The notes: a model not told the origin generated them from the letters alone. A stretch of 64,000 nucleotides of DNA from Nitrospiraceae bacterium (GCA_002726235.1 PBSN01000008.1:282749-346748), one strand, 5' to 3'. Shown: positions 41,599 to 51,056, numbered from the stretch's first letter. Made by a program: numbers and translations.

Positions 41599-42573
41599 TT
41601 GCACGGGGTTTTCCCCCAATATCCTGCTAGTACTTTTGTGCAAATCATTCTTCTCATCCTGATTGCCATTGCACTTCCTAGCGGATATGGCCTTGCGCAG
41701 GAGCGCGTGGATGCCAAAGATCGTATTGCCGCCATTGTCAATGAAGACGTGATTACACTTTCGGAGCTTCAGGAAGAACTAGAAACCTTTATGCCTCAAC
41801 TAAGCGCGCAGTTCAGCGGAGAGGATCTTCAACAACAGACGAAACAATTACGGTACAAATTATTAGTATCCATGATTGAGCGAAAGCTACAACTTCAACA
41901 AGCCAAGATAATGCGAATGACTGTTAGTGATCGTGAAATTGACTCAACCGCGCAGGATATACGCGCACGACGTGGTGCTGATGCCAACACAGCTCCGACG
42001 GCGAATGACCGGAAAAAGGCGAGAGAGCAACTCCTGCTAAGGAGAGTGTACCAACAAAAAATTCGGAACACGCTACTGATACCAGAAGCTACACTGCATG
42101 AATACTATGATTCACACCGAGAAGATTTTGCCATTCCAGGCATGGTGCGCATCAGCCAGATTATGCTAAGTGTAAGTGCCTCTGGAAATCTTGAAAAAGC
42201 GCGTCTAAGATCGGAACATGTTCTTAATGAACTTGAGCAGGGCCGTTCCTTTGAAGAGCTTGCCAAGGATTACTCGGACGGGCCAGAGGCAGAAGATGGC
42301 GGCAGTCTTGGGATTATGACACGAGGGTCTCTTTTGCCTCAGATGGAAGAGATTATTGATCGGCTTGGTCAGGGAGACATTGGGCAAGTCATCGAATCTC
42401 CTGTTGGATTGCATATCATTCGCGTTGACGAGAAGAAACCAGCGGGATTCAAACCGTTTGAGGAAGTCAAGAAAGACATCGAGAACAAGCTATTACAAGA
42501 GCAATCACAACGACTCTATCAAGAGTGGCTCAGTGAACTAACAGACACTGCGTTCATTGAAGTTCGATTTTAG
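41599..42573 (+). CDS. SurA/PpiC-type peptidyl-prolyl isomerase
   Basis: DRIAAIVNEDVITLSE, FEELAKDYSD..GGSLG, SPVGLHII. Confidence 0.9.
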   Translation: MHGVFPQYPASTFVQIILLILIAIALPSGYGLAQERVDAKDRIAAIVNEDVITLSELQEELETFMPQLSAQFSGEDLQQQTKQLRYKLLVSMIERKLQLQQAKIMRMTVSDREIDSTAQDIRARRGADANTAPTANDRKKAREQLLLRRVYQQKIRNTLLIPEATLHEYYDSHREDFAIPGMVRISQIMLSVSASGNLEKARLRSEHVLNELEQGRSFEELAKDYSDGPEAEDGGSLGIMTRGSLLPQMEEIIDRLGQGDIGQVIESPVGLHIIRVDEKKPAGFKPFEEVKKDIENKLLQEQSQRLYQEWLSELTDTAFIEVRF

Positions 42574-42675
42574 GCGGATGTTCAAAATGGCTTCCAACGG
42601 CGTTTTGCTTCGCTTAGTAGCCAACATGCGCTTGTATGATTTGCGCGTTTATCAGAGTGAATCATCGAAAATAAC

Positions 42676-43023
42676 ATGAGCTGGAATATGGCATATACAT
42701 ATCTATTCATGGCGATAGTGGCTGAGGTGATCGGAACAGTTGCCTTAAAGGCCTCTGAAGAATTTACGAAGTTTCTTCCTAGCGTTGTAGTTGTGCTTGG
42801 ATACGGCATGGCGTTTTACTTTCTCAGTGTTGTGCTCAGAACAATTCCTGTCGGTATTGCATATGCAGTGTGGGCTGGCATTGGGATTGTGCTCATCGCC
42901 ATTGCTGGCGCGCTGGTGTTCAAACAGATCCCTGATCTTCCCGCCATTGTCGGTATATCATTGATCATCTCGGGTGTGGTTATCATTTATCTATTTTCGA
43001 AGACGGTCAATCATCTGTCATAG
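42676..43023 (+). CDS. SMR family efflux transporter (EmrE/Qac-like)
   Basis: Four TM helices, AIVAEVIGT, IPVGIAYAVWAGIG. Confidence 0.93.
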   Translation: MSWNMAYTYLFMAIVAEVIGTVALKASEEFTKFLPSVVVVLGYGMAFYFLSVVLRTIPVGIAYAVWAGIGIVLIAIAGALVFKQIPDLPAIVGISLIISGVVIIYLFSKTVNHLS

Positions 43024-43313
43024 CGGTACACAACCAAGAGATCTCTTCATGTCCCTACATTCTTTTGCACCATGTTTGGCATATTTGGTTGATCTAACCT
43101 TCTCGAAGGAAACATCTCGGTTTTGCTCGATCTGCTTATATACCTTGCCCTGTGACAAACACTCTTGGGCATTTCTCCCAAGACGATGATCAAGATATTT
43201 AATGGAAAAAATGTGGCAAGAAATGGGTGCGTGTGTGAATTCGATAGAGTAGGAAATTTTGATTTCACTGTCGCATTTTTTGTCTAGGTGAAATAATACG
43301 ACGAGGGGAATGT

Positions 43314-44492
43314 TTAATCACCTTGATAGATAATCGTTTTCGGCTTGAATGCTGCCCAAGAAAACCAAAAATGGTCGCCGTGTATGATTGGTGTGAGTCG
43401 CTGGCCTGCTAAAGGGCCATCAATCGCGTGCCCGAGAATATTCCACGTACTTTGCGTTTCTGCATCGGTGATCTTGTTTCCATCTCGATGAAATGTGAGA
43501 GTTTGGTTGCCTAGTCTTGAATCAAAAACACCCGTTGCCCCAACATCTTCTCCCTCAGCGATTCTCGGCGCGCCCAACGCACTGTTCGTCCCAGTGGTAT
43601 GAAGTACGACTAAGGGATATCCAGCTGGAATATCATGAATGACTCCACGGTCAGCGAGAATGTGGAGTGGATACGCGATGTCCACTGTCTTCAGTGACAC
43701 GCTGACGACGCGGGCCATAGCGGGGAGACGATTATCTAGGAGGCCGCGGAACATAAATGGTGTGTTGCCAATGGTATCGTAGTCTTTGTAAGGATTACTG
43801 CCATACGCACGTATCATTCCAGTATCGTGAGAGAGTATGATGCCGTGTGGATAGGCCGTGCGAAACTCGGCAAAACTGATGAGACTTGCAGGCACAAACT
43901 GAAGATATGTGCCGGCTTTTTCTCCAACGACTCCCTCGCCGGTAAATTGCTGCCAGAGGCTTTCTGTGGTTCGATCATACATGATCAGATCTGAAAACCG
44001 CAGCAGGCCGGAAGTGCCAAACTCATGAGTTTTTCCATCGAAACGACGATCAAAAGCGATAGCTGAATTACATAACGGGCAAAATGTCACGATAACCGGG
44101 ACACTGCCAACAGTATCGTTAACAATTTCATGCCACGTGAGAATCTGCAGGGGATACGCACGGGCATCACCGTTGATGTCTAATACGACAACAGGTTCCG
44201 TGGCATTCAAAACTGACGCGGCTAGATCGACAGTGATGAACTTGGGCTGATCAATAGATCGAATGCCATCACGAGGTGGCCCTCCTGAGAGGATTTCGTT
44301 ATATGCAATTGTGTGACGAGTCCAATCAGTGTTCCAATTCCTCGTGATACGTTGCAGTTGAGCAGAACGGTTATCGATGGTCAATATGGGCTTGACAAGA
44401 TTTGACCCCGGTTGCGCTGTCGTCTGCAGGACGGTCGTGCGAGGTTGAGCTTGGGCATGCCCCACTGTCACATCCACGCAAAAGGCAAACAT
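43314..44492 (-). CDS. DUF3179 family exported protein; start uncertain
   Basis: SGGPPRDGI, ARAYP..ILTWHEIVND, TFCPLCNS, FGTSGLL, MYDRTTESLWQQ, FWFSWAAF. Confidence 0.88.
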   Translation of the reverse strand: MFAFCVDVTVGHAQAQPRTTVLQTTAQPGSNLVKPILTIDNRSAQLQRITRNWNTDWTRHTIAYNEILSGGPPRDGIRSIDQPKFITVDLAASVLNATEPVVVLDINGDARAYPLQILTWHEIVNDTVGSVPVIVTFCPLCNSAIAFDRRFDGKTHEFGTSGLLRFSDLIMYDRTTESLWQQFTGEGVVGEKAGTYLQFVPASLISFAEFRTAYPHGIILSHDTGMIRAYGSNPYKDYDTIGNTPFMFRGLLDNRLPAMARVVSVSLKTVDIAYPLHILADRGVIHDIPAGYPLVVLHTTGTNSALGAPRIAEGEDVGATGVFDSRLGNQTLTFHRDGNKITDAETQSTWNILGHAIDGPLAGQRLTPIIHGDHFWFSWAAFKPKTIIYQGD

Positions 44493-44692
44493 GAGCAATG
44501 CTGAGATGCTTATGTTCCAAAGGGGGAGAGATTGTGATATGGGGCATCTAAATGGGGAGTCGGATTTAGTAGACTGGGAAGAAAACCCAGAGCAACAACT
44601 CTTTAGAAGCTTCTTCTCTATCAGAGTGCAGCACAATAAGACCATCTTCAGAAAACGCTTACGGCTTCTTTGAAAATCACCAAATCTGTCGC

Positions 44693-45058
44693 CTAAAGCA
44701 CTAGATTTCGCAGATATGTACGCTCTCGACTCAACCGCACTAGATTTAGCACTAACACCCCTCTTAACGTCCCGATGAGCCTCCGCTTTAGCTCGTTTCC
44801 CTTGTTTTGCTCTCCTCGCAAATTTTCTACCGGCAATAGATTTTTCAAGATTAATGTCAGCATAGAAATACCGACTATTTCTGCTTCGCATTCTCGGGCC
44901 TTTGCTACGAATTCATGAGGTGTGATTGGCTTTTTAAAAGTATTTATAGCGGTAGATACGTTAAACCCCTTTTCTTTCAGCACACCAGCTATCATAGCCA
45001 ATGAGGTTGGTATTTCTCCAATAATTGCAGGGTATATTAGAAGAACATTTTTCTTCAT
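44693..45058 (-). pseudogene. Truncated B12-binding-domain radical SAM protein (N-terminal fragment only)
   Basis: MKKNVLLIYP..PTSLAMIAGVLKEKGFNV..EIVGISMLT; similarity ends near 44855; no CxxxCxxC; AT-rich. Confidence 0.72.
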
Positions 45059-45365
45059 ATATGATTTCCCTTTTTTCCCCGCCAATCAGTTGTTAACGAC
45101 AATGATGCCTTGATTGTATTAAGTGTGGCCACTTGTCTTAATGTCACTACTATACCTCATTCCCATCTTACGGGATTGATTTCAGGACTTATTCTTTTGG
45201 GCAAACTTGGTGTTTCTCCAAACTTTTTATCAAATAGCGTTAGAAAACACGTTGCTGGTTAATTATCACAATGATTGAATGCCTCAATGCAATAGAAGAT
45301 GTCTGTTTCTACCTCTACTCTGCCGTGGAAACCTGAGGCCGTTTTGTGATTGTGTTGATCTGGAT

Positions 45366-45585
45366 TTTATTAGTCATCGTCAGCCCAGTCGCATAGTTAA
45401 AATAAGACTGATCTAGACGGAAGGATCCATCCTCTTTGAGATCAATAAGCTTTTCCAAAATAAGCGCCTTGTACTTAGGCTTACCATAAGGTGTCAAGCC
45501 CATAACCTTATACTCCCCACTGTTGACTCGAAAACCCGTATAGTAGGTAAATGCTGAATACAGAAGCTCCAATGAAGGATTGGCC
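45366..45585 (-). pseudogene. Internal fragment of a NodU/CmcH-family carbamoyltransferase
   Basis: PSLELLYSAFTYYTGFRVNSGEYKVMGLTPYGKPKY..LIDLKEDGSFRLDQSYFNYATGLTMTN; both ends missing. Confidence 0.88.
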
Positions 45586-45885
45586 GCATTTTTCCTCACG
45601 ACGCACGGTATATGCGGAGGGCGTTTGATCGGGCGGTGAAAGCGTCAGGCTTGGCCCCGTTTCGCTTTCACGACCTGAGACATACTTTTGCCTTACGTCT
45701 TGCCGAGCGGGGCGCAAATGACAGAACGATTATGGCGCTTGGAGGGTGGAAGTCTACGGCCATGCTTTCCCGATATGCACACCTTTCACCAACTTACCTA
45801 TATCAAGCGGTTGAAGGGATCGTGGAAACTCGATCGGGAACCGTGACCACAACCGTGACCACAAAAGAGGATGACACCGTAAGTA
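45582..45885 (+). mobile_element. C-terminal fragment of a tyrosine recombinase/integrase abutting the tRNA-Gly 3' end
   Basis: FRFHDLRHTFA, LGGWKS, RYAHL; in-frame stop at 45573 so no N-terminal domains; frame runs antisense through the tRNA to 46004. Confidence 0.88.
45840..45863 (+). repeat. Perfect 12-bp tandem repeat ACCGTGACCACA x2
   Basis: Directly visible, 22 bp from the tRNA 3' end. Confidence 0.85.
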
Positions 45886-45960
45886 TGGAGCGGGAAACGG
45901 GATTTGAACCCGCGACCCTCGCCTTGGCAAGGCGATGCTCTACCACTGAGCTATTCCCGC
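45886..45960 (-). tRNA. tRNA-Gly(GCC)
   Basis: GCGGGAATAGCTCAGTGGTAGAGCATCGCCTTGCCAAGGCGAGGGTCGCGGGTTCAAATCCCGTTTCCCGCTCCA. Confidence 0.97.
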
Positions 45961-45984
45961 CCTTTTTGGTGTGGTCTGACGCGG

Positions 45985-46013
45985 ATTATAAGAACCCCTT
46001 TTAATCCCGTCAA
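45985..46013 (-). promoter_or_regulatory. Sigma70 promoter for tRNA-Gly
   Basis: TTGACG-N17-TATAAT on the minus strand. Confidence 0.7.
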
Positions 46014-46093
46014 GCACCTGTTCTGAGGGGCAAATGGAGACAATCAGCTTTATCTCGACACTGTGAAACGGACTGTGATAGGCTTGCCTCCCG

Positions 46094-47512
46094 ATGTTTA
46101 ACAAAATTCTTATTGCCAACCGAGGCGAGATCGCAATGCGGGTGATTCGTGCGTGTCGAGAACTGGAAATACCGACTGTCGCGGTCTATACCCAGCCAGA
46201 TTCAACAGGCATTTATGTTAAGAAGGCAGACGAAGCCATCTACCTCGGCACAGAACCTCTGCAGGGATATCTTGACATGGAACGGATCGTCCAATTGGCA
46301 AATGAGGCAGGAGCCGACGCAATTCATCCGGGATATGGATTTCTGTCGGAAAATGCAGAGTTCGCGTGGCTCTGTCGACATCACGGTATCACCTTCATCG
46401 GGCCATCCCCACAAACGATTTACTTAATGGGGAACAAGATTCAAGCGCGACAGACAATGATGAGGGTTGGAGTTCCGGTTGTCCCGGGTACAGACAGCGC
46501 AATTCAATCTGAGGAGGAGGCACTTGCCTTCGCGAAGAACGCGGGATATCCCCTCATGATTAAAGCCAGTGCTGGCGGCGGGGGGCGTGGGCTACGTGTG
46601 GTTCGAACAGATGATGACCTCCGTGCTGGACTCGAGTCTGCGACACGGGAGGCAGAAGCGGCTTTTGGAGAATCTGATGTATTTCTCGAAAAATGTATTG
46701 AACGCGCTCATCACATTGAGTTTCAAATCGTTGCGGACAAAGAAGGAAATTGCATCCATTTGGGTGAACGCGATTGTTCAATTCAACGTCGTCACCAGAA
46801 GCTGATCGAGATTTCCCCTTCCTTGGCACTTGATTCTTCACTGCGAGACACCATGGGGAGAGCTGCCGTCACTGCAGCAAAGGCTGTGGAATATGACAGT
46901 GTTGGTACCATTGAGTTTCTTCTCGATGAGAATCAAAACTTTTATTTTATAGAGATGAACACACGAATTCAGGTCGAACATACCGTGACTGAACAAGTCA
47001 CCGGGATGGACTTGGTCCGTGCTCAGATCGAATTTGCAGCAGGGATTCCACTGGGAACGAAGCAGGAGGACGTCGTTCTTAACGGCTATTCGATTCAATG
47101 TCGTATCAATGCTGAAGACCCTAAAAATGATTTTTTCCCTTGTGCCGGAACCGTGACGGCCTACTATTCGCCTGGTGGGATAGGCGTGCGTATTGACGGC
47201 GCCGTCTACAAGGATTATGTAATCCCTCCGTACTTTGACACCTTGTTGACCAAACTGATCGTTACGGGTCGATCCTGGCCAGAGACAGTAAGCCGCATGC
47301 ACCGCTCGTTAGAGGAGTTCGTGCTTCGAGGCGTCAAAACAACCATTCCATTTTTGCAGCGGGTTATAGAGGATCAGGATTTTATCGCTGGCCGATTTGA
47401 TACCACGTACATTGAAACCCATCCGTATTTACTTGAGTATCCGGACCACAGCACTCCAGAAGACGTCGTTACCGCAATTTCTGCTGCCATTGCAGCATAC
47501 GAGGGGCTCTAA
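46094..47512 (+). CDS. Biotin carboxylase subunit of a two-subunit pyruvate (or 2-oxoglutarate) carboxylase
   Basis: ILIANRGEIA, HPGYGFLSEN, GGGGRG, ERDCSIQRRHQK, EMNTRIQVEH. Confidence 0.93.
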   Translation: MFNKILIANRGEIAMRVIRACRELEIPTVAVYTQPDSTGIYVKKADEAIYLGTEPLQGYLDMERIVQLANEAGADAIHPGYGFLSENAEFAWLCRHHGITFIGPSPQTIYLMGNKIQARQTMMRVGVPVVPGTDSAIQSEEEALAFAKNAGYPLMIKASAGGGGRGLRVVRTDDDLRAGLESATREAEAAFGESDVFLEKCIERAHHIEFQIVADKEGNCIHLGERDCSIQRRHQKLIEISPSLALDSSLRDTMGRAAVTAAKAVEYDSVGTIEFLLDENQNFYFIEMNTRIQVEHTVTEQVTGMDLVRAQIEFAAGIPLGTKQEDVVLNGYSIQCRINAEDPKNDFFPCAGTVTAYYSPGGIGVRIDGAVYKDYVIPPYFDTLLTKLIVTGRSWPETVSRMHRSLEEFVLRGVKTTIPFLQRVIEDQDFIAGRFDTTYIETHPYLLEYPDHSTPEDVVTAISAAIAAYEGL

Positions 47513-47514
47513 GG

Positions 47515-49470
47515 ATGGCGAAGGCAACATCCACCACACGCAAGTCCGCAACTAAACGCCGAACTCCTGCGATCATTAAAGGCAAAAAGACTACAAAGAT
47601 TCCACCTAGTGTAGACGTCCCATTTCGGCCGGCGAAGGGCAAACAAGTATTTCTCACTGACGTTGCAATACGCGATGGGCAGCAATCGCTTCTCGCCACA
47701 CGCGTTCGAACCGATGATTTGCTTGCAAGTGTTGAAAAGATGGATCGTGTTGGATATTGGTCCTTAGAGGTGTGGGGAGGGGCAACATTCGATACCTGCC
47801 TGCGTTTTCTCAAGGAAGATCCATGGGAACGCCTGCGTCAGTTTCGAAGTTTTGCTCCAAAGACTCGTCTTCAAATGTTGTTGCGTGGGCAGAACTTGCT
47901 TGGGTACGCACACTACCCCGATGACGTGGTTGAAGCATTTGTGGAACGAGCTGCTACCAACGGGATGGATGTGTTTCGAATTTTTGATGCGCTCAACGAC
48001 TTGCGGAATCTTGAAACGTCGATAAAGGCTGTTCGGAAAGTGGGGAAACATGCACAAGGAACTCTGTGCTATACCACTAGTCCAGTCCATACGATTGAGA
48101 TGTTTGTCGAACAAGCCAAAGAACTCGAAAGCATGGGGATCGATAGCCTCTGTATCAAGGACATGGCAGGTCTGATTGCACCACTTGACTCCTACGTGTT
48201 GATCCGCCGCCTGAAGAAAGAATTGAAAGTGCCTATTCACCTTCACTCCCACTCTACATCTGGGATGGCAAGCATGTCGCATTTGATGGCGATTCTCGGG
48301 GGGCTTGATGTGATCGATACGGCAATGTCACCGCTTTCTGGTGGCTCCTCACATCCCCCAACAGAAAGTCTGATTGCTTCACTGCGAGAAACGCCATATG
48401 ACACGAAGCTCGATTTGCTACCTTTCCCGCGCATGGCTGCGGAGTTAAGTGCCATTCGCGAGAAATACCGGAGATTCGAGAGCAACTTTACGGGCGTTGA
48501 TTCGGAGATACTGATCTCTCAAGTTCCGGGAGGCATGCTCTCAAGCATGTCCGATCAACTCGCACAACAGAATATGCTTGGACGCATGAAAGAAGTATTG
48601 GATGAGGTTCCACGTGTACGCGAAGATATGGGATATCCTCCGCTGGTGACTCCGACTAGCCAAATTGTAGGAACCCAAGCCACACTTAACGTGATTACCG
48701 GTGAGCGATACAAGGTGATCACAAACGAGACTCGCAATTATGTCAAAGGATTGTACGGTCGCCCCCCGGGGGAGATAAGTGTTGAATTGCGGAAGCGGGC
48801 ACTCCGATCCGGAAAAGCCATCACCTCGCGCCCGGCCGACCGCTTAAAACCTGAATTAAAAAAGCTCAAGGCGGCACTCGATGGTACCACCAGTAGCCTC
48901 GAAGACATTCTGTCCTATGCGTTGTTTCCCAACGTAGCGGCGGAGTTTTTTGAACAGCGAGCTAAAGGAGAACTGAAACCCGAGCCGATCGATTGTGAGA
49001 ACGGCGGCGGCACTACAGGTGATGAACACAAACGCTTAGCTCCACGTGAATTTCACGTCACATTACATGGAGAATCGTACCGCATAGAAGTCACAGGTGC
49101 GAGTCACAAGACTGAAGGACAGAAACCCTATTACATTAGAATTAACGATCAGCTGGAAGAAGTCTACCTTGAGACAATCAGTGAGATTCTGCCGGGCACA
49201 CCTCAAGCCTCTGAGACTCAGGCCAATCTTCCATTCGCACGGCCAAAACCTCAGCACCCTGGTGACGTCACATCCCCGATGCCAGGAAAGGTGGTGAAGG
49301 TGTTGGTGCAGGAAGGTGATCAGATCAAGAAAGGTGCTGTCGTTCTGATTATCGAGGCGATGAAGATGGAATCGCAAGTTGTGTCTCCGATCAATGGGAC
49401 AGTTGCGAAAGTGAATGTAAGTTTAGGTGATGATATCAAGACAGACGAGACACTTATCGTTGTAGGATAG
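47515..49470 (+). CDS. Carboxyltransferase-biotin carrier subunit of pyruvate (or 2-oxoglutarate) carboxylase
   Basis: RDGQQS, WGGATFD, IKDMAG, LVTPTSQIVG, biotinyl motif EAMKME. Confidence 0.92.
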   Translation: MAKATSTTRKSATKRRTPAIIKGKKTTKIPPSVDVPFRPAKGKQVFLTDVAIRDGQQSLLATRVRTDDLLASVEKMDRVGYWSLEVWGGATFDTCLRFLKEDPWERLRQFRSFAPKTRLQMLLRGQNLLGYAHYPDDVVEAFVERAATNGMDVFRIFDALNDLRNLETSIKAVRKVGKHAQGTLCYTTSPVHTIEMFVEQAKELESMGIDSLCIKDMAGLIAPLDSYVLIRRLKKELKVPIHLHSHSTSGMASMSHLMAILGGLDVIDTAMSPLSGGSSHPPTESLIASLRETPYDTKLDLLPFPRMAAELSAIREKYRRFESNFTGVDSEILISQVPGGMLSSMSDQLAQQNMLGRMKEVLDEVPRVREDMGYPPLVTPTSQIVGTQATLNVITGERYKVITNETRNYVKGLYGRPPGEISVELRKRALRSGKAITSRPADRLKPELKKLKAALDGTTSSLEDILSYALFPNVAAEFFEQRAKGELKPEPIDCENGGGTTGDEHKRLAPREFHVTLHGESYRIEVTGASHKTEGQKPYYIRINDQLEEVYLETISEILPGTPQASETQANLPFARPKPQHPGDVTSPMPGKVVKVLVQEGDQIKKGAVVLIIEAMKMESQVVSPINGTVAKVNVSLGDDIKTDETLIVVG

Positions 49471-49725
49471 ACAGCATGTGTGGGGTCATGATGAAACCCT
49501 GCTTGCAATTCTCCTCTTTCCCATTTTGCCAGCTGGCAGTTCGTGCTAGCAATGCTACCGTCGGTGTTACCGACGGCACATTTTCACATTAAGAATTTTA
49601 CAAAACTTGAAGCGATAGATGTTATTCGTGCTGAGGTCCACTTGCGACAATGAGGCAGCATAGTCATGTATAATGCATGGGTGGTAGGCCCGTATAAATC
49701 GCACATGAGCAAAGATGGAGAATGA

Positions 49726-50544
49726 GTGGACTATCCAGTATCATTTGAGCACTTGACCGACACTGTTGCTGCCCTGCGGGGGGAGAATGGCTGTCCATGG
49801 GACAAACGACAAACGCATGAAAGCTTACAACCATACCTGCTCGAAGAGGCATATGAAGTCTTGGACGCAATTGAGGCTCACGATGTGCGGTCCCTCAAAG
49901 AAGAGCTTGGAGATCTTCTCCTTCAAGTACTTTTCCATGCTCAAATCGCCTCAGAAGAAGGGGCATTCACCATTCAGGAAATACTTGCTGCTTTAAACGC
50001 CAAACTGCTTCGCCGTCATCCTCATGTGTTTGATCCTGGAACGGTAGCGACTGAGCAAGAACTCTCTCATCAATGGGATGCAATTAAAAAGCTCGAGAAA
50101 GCAACGCAAAGTGATCAATCAGCGCTGAGCAGTGTGTCCAAAACAATGCCAGCGTTGTTTCGAGCGGTTAAGCTACAAAAATGTGCGGCCAAAACAGGCT
50201 TTGATTGGAGTGACATTGCTAGTGTTTGGAAGAAGCTTGATGAAGAGATCGAAGAACTTCGGCAGGCATTGGCGCAACAGAAAAATATCAATACGCAGCA
50301 ACGTATCGAAGAAGAACTTGGCGATATGCTATTCACCATCGTCAATTTGAGTCGTTTCCTCGCCGTCAATCCCGAGCTGGCATTAAATGGCACCAACGAT
50401 CGTTTTGTTGCTCGATTCCAGCACATGGAGCAGGAGGCTGATATATCGGAAGTAAACATGAAAGATATGACGCCAGACGACTTCGATGTGTTATGGAATC
50501 GAGCAAAACAGGCGTTGGCGAACATACGAAAGGAGACACCATAA
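49726..50544 (+). CDS. mazG: Nucleoside triphosphate pyrophosphohydrolase MazG
   Basis: GCPWD..QT, EEAYE, EELGDLL, RRHPHVF, second EEELGD. Confidence 0.95.
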   Translation: MDYPVSFEHLTDTVAALRGENGCPWDKRQTHESLQPYLLEEAYEVLDAIEAHDVRSLKEELGDLLLQVLFHAQIASEEGAFTIQEILAALNAKLLRRHPHVFDPGTVATEQELSHQWDAIKKLEKATQSDQSALSSVSKTMPALFRAVKLQKCAAKTGFDWSDIASVWKKLDEEIEELRQALAQQKNINTQQRIEEELGDMLFTIVNLSRFLAVNPELALNGTNDRFVARFQHMEQEADISEVNMKDMTPDDFDVLWNRAKQALANIRKETP

Positions 50545-51056
50545 TGCCGCTAGTATTCTTGACATTTCTTCTAGGCATGACATTTTTCGTAGGCGATAGA
50601 CTCTCCCATGCTGACCCTATTCAGTTGCGTGAAAGTGTAAAGACGATTCCTGAAAAAGAGTCATCTGCTTCCGCAATAGCTACGAGAGCATTGGCGATGC
50701 GATATTTTAACCTTGGACTTGAACTACAGAAGATCGGGAAATGGAAGGCGGCATCTCTCGAATATTTTCGCTCTGTTGGCGAAGATGATACCTTGGCAGA
50801 GGCACATGCTAATTTGGGACTTGCACTTGCACAGCAAGGCGAACCTGAGAAGGCAATCCCCCATCATTTGCGTGCCATTGAATTAAAACCGACGTTGCCT
50901 CAAGCGCATGTTAATCTTGCCATAGATCTTGCTCATATTGGACAGTACAGTGAAGCTTGGGATCATGTTCACGAGCTACAAGCCATGGATCATCCAGTGA
51001 ATCCAGAGTTTCTGAAACTCTTGGCATCTCGACTTCCCGACCCGCGGAAAAAATAG
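50544..51056 (+). CDS. Exported tetratricopeptide repeat protein
   Basis: Signal peptide; YFNLG, AHANLGLAL, AHVNLA TPR motifs; AAGGAG SD. Confidence 0.85.
   Translation: MPLVFLTFLLGMTFFVGDRLSHADPIQLRESVKTIPEKESSASAIATRALAMRYFNLGLELQKIGKWKAASLEYFRSVGEDDTLAEAHANLGLALAQQGEPEKAIPHHLRAIELKPTLPQAHVNLAIDLAHIGQYSEAWDHVHELQAMDHPVNPEFLKLLASRLPDPRKK

Noticed and set aside
42574..42675. Guanidine riboswitch upstream of the SMR gene
   Set aside because: No paired ACGR hairpins or ykkC motif; the protein looks EmrE/Qac-like rather than Gdx-like
42574..44550. Second att site duplicating the tRNA-Gly 3' end
   Set aside because: No TGGAGCGGGAAAC-like copy found by eye, so the left island boundary is undefined
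43314..44891. 525-aa ORF as a genuine novel fusion protein
   Set aside because: The N-terminal part overlaps the radical SAM fragment and precedes a signal-like segment; more likely incidental open frame
45885..46004. Integrase C-terminal domain [25 protein letters not shown]
   Set aside because: It is the antisense translation of tRNA-Gly
49726..50544. MazG as an anti-phage or toxin-antitoxin component
   Set aside because: Ordinary tandem-domain housekeeping MazG with no mazEF or defence neighbours
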